Source: Phyllobates terribilis | Taxonomy: Eukaryota | Assembly: GCF_046119375.1 (NCBI RefSeq) | Contig: NW_027362764.1 | Span: 188,604,001-188,668,000, forward strand | Reading direction: 5' to 3' | Length of the DNA: 64,000 bases | Part shown: in pieces, positions 39,001-50,539 of the stretch | Position numbering within the stretch: position 1 is the stretch's first letter | How the letters are laid out: every line of letters starts with the position of its first letter | The notes under the pieces: model-generated | Databases searched by the model: none | Told to the model about the DNA's origin: nothing | Seen by the model: the letters and a program-made list of their open reading frames with translations, nothing else | Program-made: the position numbers and the translations under genes

Positions 39001-39750
39001 CCAACACAACAGGGACTTGGTGCTCCTGGATGCGCAACACACTTGAGTGCCTTCTTGCTGCACTACCTGCAACATGACCCTCGAATTGTGAGAATTAGAA
39101 ATAATCCTGACTACTGGGTTGCCACACTGTTAGATCCCCGGTACAAAAGTAAATTTGCAGAAATTATTCCTGCCATAGAAAGGGATGCACGCATGCAGGA
39201 GTATCAGCAGAGACTGTTGCAGAATCTTACATGTGCTTTTCCACAAAATACCAGTGGTGCACGTAGTGAATCTCACAGTTCCAACTTGCCAACCGTGGGA
39301 CCGTCAAGTGTTCAGCACTCAAACCGTAACAGAACCACAGTATCTGCTGGTAACATCAATTTTGCGGAATCATTTCACCACTTTTTTAGCCCATCCTTTG
39401 CAAGGCCACAGGAGACAAGAAGTCTGACACATAGTCAACGCCTAGAGACGATGGTACAGGAGTATCTCCAAGTAAACATTGAAGCCACGACTGTGTCACT
39501 GGACCCTTGCTCTTTTTGGGCTTCCAATCTGGATAAATGGCCGGAGCTAGCCACTTACGCCTTGGAGATCTTGTCACGCCCCGCAGCCAGCGTTCTGTCT
39601 GAACGTGTGTTCAGCGCTGCTGGTGGTGTGCTGACAGATAAGCGCACGCGGCTCTCCACTGATAATGTAGACAGACTCACGTTCATAAAGATGAACAAAT
39701 CATGGATCCGAAATGACTTTTCTACCCCTGTGTCATCCTGGGGAGAGTAA
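36049..39750 (+). CDS. hAT transposase, 1233 aa, uninterrupted ORF
   Basis: BED finger (AWAFF..CNIC..HMDMKH), FTTDTWTS (D), VCDNAAN (D), CMAH, TRWNS, SERVFS (E), KRTRLS..LTFIKMN. Confidence 0.95.
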   Translation: MSGKRPAAGGKGNRRVGKGKKGCVRGVGVKATVTSAEERPSSSQTKMSTSFSGQCDKIPFLRPRQSLQIPDEAQKQQVLQRISSAPLSGLSSTSTSTSQILQSSKVSPQSHLLPHSSQISSCPSEYEVEQMVESAELFTHTIAWESEVDSSASVNPDEEMICTDAQNLYESDPGPDAEGSDHNVDPHSQTVTPVGGDNEEDDDKTQIPDWSDNFSFLSGQEQIGSEDDGCDNAQGDDDEVGDPTYCQPTVSQEMRSAEEVEEDASDDEVRLRLPGQRRSTGSTSTTASSNTTLPLTTSRGGSSGRMGAKPCIAWAFFQIDKDDPTRVICNICQQKLSRGQKIHSLSTSCMNRHMDMKHKLQWEAQCATMRPSRPGQPPSAISCASAASSSSVTGGTAVTPVLGRRPATSLPATASVIGRSSFSLEVVTPAGVERCPTSIAPPLDQGNLTCPPASSSQTGSLPGTPLSTPSKHNSQPSVPQMWTSKRPFPPSHEKAERLNFTICKLLATEMLPFRLVDTEDFRDLMSVAVPQYQMPSRHYFSKKGVPALHQHVAHNITASLRNSVCDRVHFTTDTWTSRHGQGRYMSLTGHWVTMVTAGQGAAVQVLPSPRVVRQSSLCQSSSTASASSTSSRSSTCTQSLSGHATSFLTAQKGSCTPPYYAGSRAQRHQAVFTLNCLGNVSHTAEELWSALENQFHEWLSPLDLKPGKAVCDNAANLGAALRRGNVTHVPCMAHVLNLVVQQFLAHYPRLDGLLQRARLLCAHFRRSHPAAQRLTSLQKSLGLPLHRLKCDVPTRWNSTLHMLQRLWQHRHALVQYVLTYSLGQRDSEVGQITLEEWSQIRDLCTLLHSFEMATKMFSADDAIISMTIPVIYMLEHMLNRIRSQVVAQEEVEEVEEEELYAEGLTSARSRRSAAPRRQACEGGGDGFTRAHGSSQTSEEGAGAQEEVEDELMEDSSDEGDLDHISVVRGWGERTEEGSMIVTSPPTQQGLGAPGCATHLSAFLLHYLQHDPRIVRIRNNPDYWVATLLDPRYKSKFAEIIPAIERDARMQEYQQRLLQNLTCAFPQNTSGARSESHSSNLPTVGPSSVQHSNRNRTTVSAGNINFAESFHHFFSPSFARPQETRSLTHSQRLETMVQEYLQVNIEATTVSLDPCSFWASNLDKWPELATYALEILSRPAASVLSERVFSAAGGVLTDKRTRLSTDNVDRLTFIKMNKSWIRNDFSTPVSSWGE

Positions 39751-40187
39751 AAGCTTGATGATTGGTTAAAATCACCCTACCAACCGTTTTAAGCTTTCAA
39801 ATTACTAATCATGTTTATCTGTATCTTGGCTGGAAAATAATTTGGGCTTTGTAGCAGTGTGCAGCACTGATTCTATTAGGCCATCTATAATAAGCTCCAC
39901 CAGATTTAAAATTACTAATCATGTTTATCTGTATCTTGACTGGAAAATAATTTGGGCTTTGTAGCAGTGTGCAGCACTGATCCTATTAGGCCATCTATAC
40001 TAAAGCTTCACCAGATTTAAAATTAATAATAATTTTTAGCTGCATCTAGCCCGGAAAATAATTTTGGGGCTCCGAGATGCGCAAGACACATAAGTGCCTT
40101 CTTGCTGCAGTACCTGCAGCATGACCCTCATATTGTCAGAATTCGAAGTAATCATGACTACTGGGTTGCCACACTCTTAGATCCCCC

Positions 40188-41410
40188 AAACTTTTCGATC
40201 AACCTTTTCATTTTAATAAAGACCAAAAAAATAGTCATTTTTGAAATTATAAGCATTAGCAGGTTGTTAGAAACTGAAATCAAACAGTTTTCAACTCAAA
40301 ACTTTATTCTAGGTGATGTTACATTTTCACATAGGACCCCTTGTTCGAAAGGAGCTTCTGAACTCTCTCGTCCATTGAATTTGTCAGGTTTTGGATGGTT
40401 TCTGCTTCAATTGTTTTGCATGAGGACAGAATACCCTCCCAGAGCTGTTGCTTAGATGTGAACTGCCTCCCGCCATCATAGACACTCCTTTTAATGATGC
40501 TCCAAAGGTTCTGAATGGGGTACAGGTCAGGGGAGCATGGGGGTCACACCATAAGTTTGTCCCCTTTTATGCCCATATCAGCCAGAGATGCAGATGTTTT
40601 ATGTGCAGCATGAGATGGTGCATTATCATGCAGAAAAATGATCTTGCTGTGAAATACACGGTTCTTCTTCTTGAACCATGGCAGGAAGTGCTGTTTGAGA
40701 AAATCCACATACATTATGGAGTTCATCTTTAGCGCCTTCAGGGATCCTAAAGGGGCCGACAATCTCTCTCCCCATGATTCCAGCCCAAAACATTACTCCA
40801 CCTCCTCCTTGTTGGCGCTGTAGCCGTGTTTGCGTGGGGTGTCCATCAACCAGCCATCCTCCACTCCATCCATCTGGACCATCGAGCGCTGCACGGCACT
40901 CATCCGTGAACAAAACAGTTTTGAAATCAGTCTTCATGTAATGTTTGGCCCACTGGAGCCGTTTCTGCTTGTGTGAAGTGGATAGAGGAGGTCGACAGGA
41001 TGGCGTATGCACAGCTGCAAACCTCTGAAGGACCCTGCATCTTGTTGTTCGGGGGACGTTGGAGGCACAAGCAGCTTCAAAAACTTGTCTGCTGCTATGA
41101 CAAGGCTTTTTTGCCGCTGCTCTTTCAACCTGACGTAATTGCCTGTAGGAAAGAGTCCTCAATTTGCCCTTATCAGCACGCACACGTGTGTACTGTGAAT
41201 CAGCTACATACTTCTTGATTGCCAAGACACTTCATCCTGATCATCGCACAATGTTGATTGTAGTCATGCCTTGACCTAAACACTCCACAATTTGTTGCTT
41301 CTCAGCAGCCGACACATCCTTTTTCTTTCCCATTTTGGCAGAAAATGTAGGCTGCTTAATAATGTGAGACAACCTTCTTAAGTAGTCTTGCCTTTCATTG
41401 GACACACCTG
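40188..41410 (-). mobile_element. DD37E Tc1 pseudogene in hAT copy 2, left TIR deleted
   Basis: Reverse complement of ~21143-22369. Confidence 0.85.
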
Positions 41411-42880
41411 CAGGTGCTCCGTCACTAGGATGTATAAGAGAGGGGACAGAGGACATCCCTGCCTTGTCCCATTGGTGATTGTGAAAGGTGATGAAAATGT
41501 TCTGATGCACCCCCTGGGCCTTGGGACACCCGGAGTCGGACCCTTTTTGGTGGATGCTGGTGGTTGTAGTCTTCGTGGCGGCGACCCGGTTCCGTGGCTC
41601 AGGGTGGTCAAACCAGTGGCGGAACTATTTATGTGGTTTTGATGTTTAAATGTCCGACTACGCCACCCGTGGATTGCGGTCAGAGTGAACCGCCGCTGCA
41701 GGGGAGACCGCTGAGGCTGGTGTTGTGGGTGCAGCAGAGCGTAGCATAACTCCCCACGGGAGGAGTATAGCCTCAGGGCAGTGTATGCGGAGGATGGGGG
41801 TGATGGTGCAGGGCAGCAGCAGTAACGACACGGAGTCAGTGATGCAGTCCAGGGCCTTTACTCACAGTTCTTATTATCCAGACCACGTCTGCAGGTAACG
41901 GCTGCCCACGTCGTACTGTCCTCACCAGGTGAGGGGCTCAGACAACTCCCAGATAACTTTGGAGCGCTTCACAGGACCCCCTTTGTGTGTCCTTTGTCTG
42001 GCCTTTCTTACCAACCCTTCTGTCCGGCTGCCTCGGGCCTCCTCTTGGTAAACTTGGCGCCAGTTTCCCTGACCCTATGTGGTGCCTTCCTAGCGGGTGT
42101 AGCGAGGGGCTGCGCCACATAAAATGTCACAGCCTCCGGTTTCTAGCTGAGGGTCGTTTCCTGCCTCCACTAGTTTCGGGGACCGGTCTCCCGCTTTGGC
42201 CTGACCCCTCCACGCAGGTGGATTCGGGCGTGCGGTGGCGACTCGCCCGTCTGCACCCCTGGGATCCCTTCATTCCTCGTTCCTGGAGCCTTCTACGCTC
42301 CTCTTCCTTCCTTCTCCCTCTTCCAGGCCTGGGCCTCTGTTACTAGGTCCGCCTCCGGAGCAGAGCTCATGCAGAGCCCCTGCTCCCTGCCACTTCTGCT
42401 CAGACTTCTCTGCACTGAACTAAGATGGTGCCCACCTTTTATACTCCCTTCTCAATGCACCCAGGAACTGCTTCCTCCCTGCTCCTGCACTACAGGGTTC
42501 CCCTTCCTCAGTGTTCCCTCCCCCCACTCCAGCCAGGGACAGGGACTGTCGTGCCCATCTCAGAGGCATATTGGTCGCCCTGCCCCACGGCAATGTGGTG
42601 TAATGCATGCAGGTGTCGGGTCCTGATCCACACTCCATCCTTACCTGAGAGTGAGATATCACACCTCTGGGTGAGGTGCAATACCTCTGTAGCAACCGAG
42701 CCCTCAGGGTGCTACAGTTCCATTTATCTTCAGCCTAGGTGACGTATTGTGATACAGGGCCGTGATTTTGGCTATAAAAGGGTCCCCTAGACCCCTACCC
42801 CAAGCTTTTTAAGAGAATCATATATGGCGTGCCAGGAGACTCTATGGAATGCTTTCTCAGCATCCAACGAGAGTATCTAA
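41411..42880 (-). mobile_element. L1 RT fragment with LTR-like insert (cargo of hAT copy 2)
   Basis: Reverse complement of 19095-20564; NGTRQGCPLSPLLY in ORF 41378-41611. Confidence 0.85.
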
Positions 42881-42987
42881 TTACAAATTTTTAACTGCAT
42901 CTAGCCCAGGAAATACTTTGTGCCTAGTAGCAGTGTCTGCTAGTCAGCGGATTATCCCGGCTGTTAAGCAAGCTACACCACCTGTAG

Positions 42988-43253
42988 TTTAGACACTTAA
43001 TTTTTTCAAAGGAAATGCTTCGGGACCATGGGATACTCAGTGAAGAGCATCAGGAGGCACCCCAAGGCATAGGGGCTGGGACTGGCAGTAGGATGCCTTG
43101 CGGTGGACAGCCGAGCTCGATCCTTATAAAAGCTTTTTAACTGCAGCAGCTTTAGTGGACGCTACTGGAGCTGGAATTACGCGGCTGCTGGCATGAGACT
43201 TGCCCTCCAATAGATCCTTGTAAATGGATTTAAAGTGTATTCATTCAAATTAG
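42988..43253 (-). rRNA. Diverged 18S rRNA fragment (pseudogene) inside hAT copy 2
   Basis: Reverse complement of 18721-18986 (GCTGGAATTACGCGGCTGCTGGCA..TTGCCCTCCAATAGATCC). Confidence 0.9.
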
Positions 43254-43913
43254 AGAGACAATTTAAATTAAAAAGCTTAGAGCTGCCTCCACCACAGGGG
43301 AGCTCGCTCGACCCACCAGCGGACAGGCACCAGTATTGGGAGAGGGGGGCTGGCCATCAGGGTTCACCGCGGCTCTGGCACAAACCCGGCGACACGGAGG
43401 TGGCACGGGCAGTAACGGACTGGCCGTGTCGGCTTCTCACTTTTTGGATTTTAGAAGGGCATGACATGCCTATATCTGTGTCTCCCCCTCCTTTTACTCC
43501 TCCACCTCTTTTATTTTCGCATGACTATATGTACTTGTCACTTTTCCATGTGTTAGTTATGTCTTCTGAGCAGTTTGTCAGCTTTTGGACACCTTTGAAG
43601 GTGTTTTCTATGTGTTTCTATGTGTTTTTGTTTGCCTGCCATTGGTTTTAACGGTGTTCGAAGGTGTTCGACGAACAGTTCGACGAACAGTTCGGCGAAC
43701 ACATGGGTGTTCGACGAACCGAACCGAACTCGAACACTACGGGGGTGGCTCAACACTATTCAGAAGTCAGTTTATTTAGTCATCTAGTTCTGAAATACTG
43801 AACTTTCATTGTTTCATAGCTTTCAAGCTTTTTTATTGAGTCCAACCTATAATCTTAAAAATGTTCATCCAGAGGAAGGGAAAAACTTCATGAGGCAGTA
43901 TTATGTCTCACAT

Positions 43914-44560
43914 GTGAGGTGGAACCGTTTGGTCTGTATGATCAGATGGAATGCAGCACGGACAGATGATGCTGATGCAACAAGGTGAGCTGCCGCTGGA
44001 AACATGGTGGCTTAGAACGGAAGCTGGAGCAATGGCGACTCCGCTTAGGAAGACCAACGAAGCAGAGTTAGGATAATCGCACAGTCGAGTAGTCTTAGAA
44101 ATGTAGCAGAGTTGAGAAGACCAGGTGGAGATATAGCAGAGTTCTTTTGTAGATCTCAGTTGAAAAGCAGAGCTGAGCATATCAGGAGACTAACCTGTGA
44201 TGGTATAACAGAGTCCAGTGATACAGCAGTACTGGGTTTATCAAGAAACTCATTCAGTGAATGCAGAAGAGTCCTTGTAGTAGAGCTGGGTTTGTCAGAA
44301 CAGTTACTTGGTGAATATAGCAGAGTCCAGTGGTTGTAGCAGAGTTGGATTTGTCAGGAGACTCATGTAGTGAATATAGCAGAGTCCAGCCGGCGTAGCA
44401 GAGCCCAGATGTTGTAGCAGAACTAGGAGTCACTTCTGTGGCAGATGGTGGAGCTCAGAGAGATAGCAATCGGGAGGTCGCTAAATACCTGAATACTCAG
44501 GTGGTGTTCCAAAGACTTTGGTCTAGTTGATGGTTTATAAGTCTTAGAGAAGGACATCAG
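43914..44560. mobile_element. Probable LTR-like remnant with short AGCAGAGT repeats
   Basis: Many (T/A)AGCAGAGT(C/T) motifs at 44100-44420. Termini and TSD not resolved. Confidence 0.3.
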
Positions 44561-45068
44561 AGGTGCACCCTTGTTTACAATAGTAATCTAACGTGCACAG
44601 GGAGATGGCTATAGCAGGAGGAGGATGAAGAACCCGACTCAAATCAGGACAAATGAGTAACATACAGTTACTAATTGCCCCAAATTGTGAGAAAAATTCC
44701 TTTACGACTCCAATATGACTATCAAACATGCTGGGAGACACTGTCCCATCTACAGAAATCTATTACTCGTAACCTGTAATATTATGTTTTTCAAGAAAGA
44801 CATGCACACAACATGGTGTGGCAGATTTCCATCAAGGTGCTGCTCTTGAAATAAAGAACGCTTAACTGCAGTGATGGGAAAACCTTCTTGCATCGCAATA
44901 TAGAGATTACCCCTTGTCATTCATGCAAACTGCATCTGCACAGGGGCCCAATAGGTATGAGGGTCCACAGTGACTGTAAAACAGCTTCCTACTGTCTATT
45001 AGATTGCTTATAAATGTATGGCACTATTTAATTTCGTGGCGTAAAAAAAACTAGTGGATTGATAAGTA

Positions 45069-45502
45069 TTGGATGCAAGGTGTGGCGTCCAGGGGGTTAG
45101 TATCATACTCATTGAACTTTCAGCTTATGTCCATTTCCATTTTATGCATTCAACAGGAGTATACTTTGCTGTTTACAGATCTCCTGAGTATTTAGACAGG
45201 GGTGTTATCATTATGGCACTGTGCACTTTATTTGCCCCTATTAAACTATGGTGATCTGTAACTAGTATATATATAATTTTTTCCTGTTGTAGCTGCAGCA
45301 ATTGTTGTGTGGTCATATTGAGCTATTTACCATTGTTATTTACTATTCTCATTGATTCTATTTTTGTACCCCCTATGTATGCCCCCTCTTCTTTTTTGGA
45401 TCCCCCTTTCCCTTTATCTTGTTTTTAAACCTGTGATTTAATATATTGTGATATTTTAGTATCCAATCATGTAGTTGATGTGTCCTTTTCTAGGTTTTGA
45501 TT
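45069..45502. mobile_element. 434-bp insertion flanked by a 15-bp direct repeat (probable truncated retroelement)
   Basis: GTGGATTGATAAGTA at 45054-45068 and 45503-45517; no poly(A). Confidence 0.55.
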
Positions 45503-46507
45503 GTGGATTGATAAGTAGTAGCAGTGTGATTAATAAATTGTGGTGATAGAAGGTAATGATCTAATGGAAAAATTAGGAGCCAAAGAGTTGCCTTTTAGGT
45601 AAACCATACAGAGAATATTCTTTACTAAATGATGAAAGACTACTATAAAGGAAAGCATCATCTGAATTAAAAAATGTTTTGCTCCTGATTGTGTCTAATT
45701 GGGGCTTAAAAGATAATATGTCTCCTTTATTATGTCTATTAAATAAATACAAAAAACAGAGGCATATGATTTGAACCAAAATAAAATACTATTATGTTTG
45801 CACATCTCTACTAGTGTTGACTCCGACAATTAACCACATTTGGCCTACTATTGTGCCTGCTATGCCTTGTAAGAGTGAAATCGCATAGATCCTTCCTGGA
45901 AGAATTTATCAAAAATTCTCCTTATGGGATTGCATACTCTGCATTCCTTCAGTGATGGCTCATAACTGGTGTGACACCTGTAACTTTATCATCTCCCACG
46001 TTCATGTATTGCACAGCAAAGGGTGTCAGATCATTGGTTAGTAAAGAGAGGAGAGAACAAGGCGCAATGGGTGACTCAGTATTGCAATTTGTAGAGGGGT
46101 GTGGGGATGGCTACTAACCTTATGAAGTTGTGCACCTCTGCACAACCCCAGTGTAAAGCTCCACAAGCTCCGCTCTGTTGGTGGCTGTCATCTATTTCCA
46201 GCGGCGTTCACAGATCCTGATCTTTCGGTGGTGGATCACGTGGTCAGGTTAGTAGCATGTAATGCCGAGATAGACGCCCAGCTTCACCAACACCCCCGGC
46301 AGCATTCCGGAGGGGTTTAGGCAGCGCAGCTTGGAAAACCAGGGTGGTAATTTTAATTAAATTGCTCCCACAGGTGAAAAAACAATAGATTAAAGGCAGC
46401 TCTACCGTACCCCAACAGAGGGAAAAGGACAATCAGTGAATATGAATAGCGGTACCAGAGCGCCAATAACAGGGCAAAAATATTAAAAGGACTGATTTAT
46501 TAATACA

Positions 46508-46551
46508 CACACAACGCGTTTCGGTGGACACAGCCACCTTCATCAGGTGTG
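46508..46551 (-). ncRNA. Minimal type I hammerhead ribozyme
   Basis: CACAC-CTGATGA-A-GGTGG(ctgtgt)CCACC-GAAA-CGCG-TT-GTGTG on the minus strand. Confidence 0.9.
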
Positions 46552-46933
46552 ACAAGCAGCAAACAATTGATCCTTATATACATTTGACTAGGTATACAAT
46601 TACTTAAAAGGGGCGGGGCCAGATACAGAGTAATACCTCTATATTAACCCCTTGAGTTCATATATGCTCAATAGAGTAAAAAGGATTGTTATAAAATAAT
46701 GCCTCATGAAGCATATAGGGTTCTTATAAAAAGGATTCGCTGTAAAAAAAACAAAAAACTTGTGAATCCTATAATCTTAATACTTCATAGGATATATTGT
46801 CATCTACCGCCCTATATTTTAGATTATATAAAAAAATAATAATAATAATAATTTTTACATACAACATAAAACAATGCATAAATATAAAGTTATAAAATTA
46901 CAATCAGTTTCTATCATTGTAATTAGGAAAAGT

Positions 46934-47065
46934 NNNNNNNNNNNNNNNNNNNNNNNNNNNNNNNNNNNNNNNNNNNNNNNNNNNNNNNNNNNNNNNNNNN
47001 NNNNNNNNNNNNNNNNNNNNNNNNNNNNNNNNNNNNNNNNNNNNNNNNNNNNNNNNNNNNNNNNA
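46934..47065. other. Assembly gap (N run) in the low-complexity PLE 3' UTR
   Basis: N characters at the position matching the T-rich tract near 55140-55290. Edges approximate. Confidence 0.95.
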
Positions 47066-47215
47066 TTTTTCTTTAAATTTTTTCTCCTTTCTCTCTCTCC
47101 TCCCTCCTCCCCTCCCTCTCTCCTTTCCCCTCTTCCCTCTTTCTCTCTCTCCTCCCCCTCCTCCTCCATATAAAAGATATATATAATAAATTTGCTAAAA
47201 TATGAAAACAATTAT

Positions 47216-49723
47216 TTAAAAAGTTGTCTTCTCTATATTAAGGTTCAAACCTTCAGGAGACAAGGTTCCCATTTTGAAAATCCAATAATTTTCACGTGTA
47301 ATGAGACGATTTAGTCTATCAGGGTGTGTATCAACTATATGATCAATGATAGTTAGTTTTAGGTTATTAGGATTTTTTTGATGTTCTTTTAAGAAATGAT
47401 TAGAAACACTATGTAGGGGAAAGCCGTTTCTAATGTTTTGGCGATGTTTATTTAATCTTGAGTGCATTTCCTGGATAGTGCGGCCAATGTATTGCAGGCC
47501 GCAGGTGCACTGGAGCAGATAGATCACATATGAGGACTGACATGTAAGTCTAAAGCGAATGGGATAGATCTCTCCAGTGACCGCAGAGACGAATGTTTTG
47601 GCTCCGTTATCAATGGATTGACAGCATAAGCATTTAGGGACATTACATTTATAACATCCATTATTGCTAATAGGAGCTGAATGGTTCGGTCTTCTACCAA
47701 TTGTTGTATTGCTAGGGGCTATATAGTTTCCTAGATTTTTACTCCTCCGATATATGACATGAGGAAATTCCGGTAAATGACCAGTTAATATTGGATCATT
47801 ACTTAAAATGAACCAGTATTTTTTTAATAAACTGGATAACACTTGCGTAGGTTTACCATAGGTAGTAATCAGATTTAAACTGAAATCGTTGTTTGGCTCT
47901 TGGCTGGTATTCTTGGATTTGTTGATACACAGGTTCTGTGATAGGGATCTAGTTTTGGAGAAAGCATCCTCTAATAATTTCCGGGGGTATCCCTTAGCTC
48001 TAAAACGTTTTTGTAAAACCTTAGATTCCAGAAAAAAATCCGAATCATGTGTACAATTTTTTCTGACACGCCAATATTGACCATATGGAATATTTCTAAT
48101 CCAGCTGGGTAGATGGCCACTGTCAAATTCAAGATAGCTATTTACATCCACTTCCTTAAAGTGGGTAGATGTGGATATTTTACCCGAATTGTCTATATTT
48201 ATCTGAAGGTCAAGATATTGAATATTACTCTCAGATATGGTAGAGGTAAAGGAAAGACCCCAGTCATTAGAGTTTAATTCATCAATAAATTTGGCAGCCT
48301 CCACAGTATTTCCCCTCCATATGATAAACAGATCATCTATAAAGCGGCGGTACATAACGATGGGTTTATCGGCGCCGAGGGATTGCGCGATGTGGATAGA
48401 CTTGAATGCCCCCATATATAGATTTGCATAACTGGGGGCAAACCTCGTCCCCATCGCGCAGCCCCTCAGCTGCCGATACATCACCCCCTCAAAAGAAAAT
48501 ACATTGTTCTCAAGAATGAAAGTTATACCCCTCAATAAAAAGTTTTTTTGAGGATCTTGTAAGTTAGGGTCCTCATCTAGGAATATTTTAATTGCCTGTA
48601 AACCCAATACATGTGTGATATTGGAATAAAGAGAGCTTATATTGAGTGTAATAAGAAGACAGCCTGGAAGAGGGGGTAATTCTCTCAATATTGTAATTAA
48701 ATGTGTAGAATCCTTTAAATGAGAATCTAGGGATAAAACATACTTCTGTAAAAAAAGATCAATATAGTGGGATAAGTTGGATGTGATAGAATTAATACCA
48801 GAAATAATAGGACGTCCAGGGGGATTAAATTTATCTTTATGAATTTTGAGTAAAAAATAAAAATAAGGGACTTTGAATTTTTTAATGTCTAAAAAGGATT
48901 TTTCTTTTTTATTGAGGAAGCCAGCTGTAGAGGCCCCTGCTACAAGTCCTTTGTACTCCAAAAAAATGGTTACAGATGGGTCTGCTTCGAATTTCACGTA
49001 GTAGTTTGAGTCGTCTAAGATTCTGAGGCCCTCCTTGATGTACCAGCCCCTGTTCATTATCACAGTCCCCCCTCCCTTATCTGCTCTCTTTATAATTATT
49101 TCTTTATTATCCTGAAGGGTTTTTAATGCACATTTCTCCTGGTAGCTCAAGTTGTTCACTTTTTTTGAAATTGGGGGGAATGTCCTAAGGTCCCTCAAAA
49201 TTAACTGTTGGAAAGTTTCAAGGTGTGAACCTTTGTGATGTAATGGATAGAAATTATTTTTCCCCTTCACATTTACATGAGTGAAAGGGTCCAGTGATGG
49301 GGGGCCTGATATATTAGATTCTTGAATGGAGGAGGATACTGTTGAGCATGAACTAATAGGATGTGATTTTCTCTTGTCTTCCAATAGACAATGCCTTTTT
49401 AGTGTCAATTTCCTTATAAATTCATTTAAATCACAGAACAAAGTGAAATTATTAAATGGGACAGCTGGACAGAAAGATAATCCTCGACCTAACAGGGATC
49501 GTTCAGCTTCAGATAGCACATAGCTAGAAATATTAAAAATACCCCCACAACCGATAAGGGTTTCTATCTGCAGGGAATTTGTATTCTGGTTCATTGGCAA
49601 GATTTCATTTTCTTTATATTTGGATTGTGTCTCAATTTCGGCATTTGGACTATTTTTGTTATTGAGGCCTCGGGTTTTTCCACTCCCTCTACATCCCCTA
49701 AATTTCTTTTTCATTTTGGACAA
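47216..49723 (-). CDS. PLE RT + Cys-rich linker + GIY-YIG endonuclease, 835 aa open frame (motif-A Asp changed to Asn)
   Basis: KRADKGG, GRPIISG, TLNISSLY, GCAMGTRFAPSYANLYM, RFIDD, CYKCNVPKCLCC, VIYLLQCTCGLQYIGRT, RENYWI. The listed start is TTG. Confidence 0.93.
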   Translation of the reverse strand: MSKMKKKFRGCRGSGKTRGLNNKNSPNAEIETQSKYKENEILPMNQNTNSLQIETLIGCGGIFNISSYVLSEAERSLLGRGLSFCPAVPFNNFTLFCDLNEFIRKLTLKRHCLLEDKRKSHPISSCSTVSSSIQESNISGPPSLDPFTHVNVKGKNNFYPLHHKGSHLETFQQLILRDLRTFPPISKKVNNLSYQEKCALKTLQDNKEIIIKRADKGGGTVIMNRGWYIKEGLRILDDSNYYVKFEADPSVTIFLEYKGLVAGASTAGFLNKKEKSFLDIKKFKVPYFYFLLKIHKDKFNPPGRPIISGINSITSNLSHYIDLFLQKYVLSLDSHLKDSTHLITILRELPPLPGCLLITLNISSLYSNITHVLGLQAIKIFLDEDPNLQDPQKNFLLRGITFILENNVFSFEGVMYRQLRGCAMGTRFAPSYANLYMGAFKSIHIAQSLGADKPIVMYRRFIDDLFIIWRGNTVEAAKFIDELNSNDWGLSFTSTISESNIQYLDLQINIDNSGKISTSTHFKEVDVNSYLEFDSGHLPSWIRNIPYGQYWRVRKNCTHDSDFFLESKVLQKRFRAKGYPRKLLEDAFSKTRSLSQNLCINKSKNTSQEPNNDFSLNLITTYGKPTQVLSSLLKKYWFILSNDPILTGHLPEFPHVIYRRSKNLGNYIAPSNTTIGRRPNHSAPISNNGCYKCNVPKCLCCQSIDNGAKTFVSAVTGEIYPIRFRLTCQSSYVIYLLQCTCGLQYIGRTIQEMHSRLNKHRQNIRNGFPLHSVSNHFLKEHQKNPNNLKLTIIDHIVDTHPDRLNRLITRENYWIFKMGTLSPEGLNLNIEKTTF

Positions 49724-50539
49724 TGTCCGGGGACCACGTGAAAAAAATGTGTAATTTTCGTTTTATTAGTTTGAGATGCAACTGCATTCTGTGTTTGAGG
49801 ATTTATCAAGATACTATTCTCATTCAAAATCGGAGATAATTCCAAGGATGTCATTCTGTTTATAGGGGGTTTTATGTGGTTTATACCACTTGTTTTATCA
49901 GAGGGTCTCCCTTGATTAAAAATATTCAGTGTATCCGCTAACGGGATCTGTCCAGATAACTCCCCAGCAATAGGAATCTGTATTGCACTTGAAAGCTCTG
50001 AGATATTAGATCCACTATGGGATATCTCCTGTGTGTTAATATGTAATGTGAAGTTCAGTTCATCAATATCTGCTACTTGTGTGGAAATAGTAGGCGGATT
50101 AGCAATAAATTCTACATCTGCTACATCTCTTTTTTTTCTCTTTCCTTTCTTCGTCTACTTTTCCTAATTACAATGATAGAAACTGATTGTAATTTTATAA
50201 CTTTATATTTATGCATTGTTTTATGTTGTATGTAAAAATTATTATTATTATTTATTTTTTTATATAATCTAAAATATAGGGTGGTAGATGACAATATATC
50301 CTATGAAGTATTAAGATTATAGGATTCACAAGTTTTTTGTTTTTTTTACAGCGAATCCTTTTTATAAGAACCCTATATGCTTCATGAGGCATTATTTTAT
50401 AACAATCCTTTTTACTCTATTGAGCATATATGAACTCAAGGGGTTAATATAGAGGTATTACTCTGTATCTGGCCCCGCCCCTTTTAAGTAATTGTATACC
50501 TAGTCAAATGTATATAAGGATCAATTGTTTGCTGCTTGT

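Larger units (their letters stand above)
34300..43758 (+). mobile_element. Composite hAT element (family 2), copy 2, 9459 bp
   Basis: Ends TAGAGATGAGCG / GGCTCAACACTA, 8-bp TSD TTCAGAAG (34292-34299, 43759-43766). Same cargo order as copy 1. Confidence 0.96.

Noticed and set aside
36049-39750. Domesticated ZBED-type host gene
   Set aside because: It has TIRs, an 8-bp TSD and a second mobile copy, so it is a transposon; no gene symbol assigned.
18217-43758. Giant palindrome from segmental duplication or misassembly
   Set aside because: Homology stops exactly at the TIRs, the TSDs differ, and each copy has private mutations.
46855-47211. ORFs spanning the N run
   Set aside because: Artefacts of the assembly gap and low-complexity sequence.
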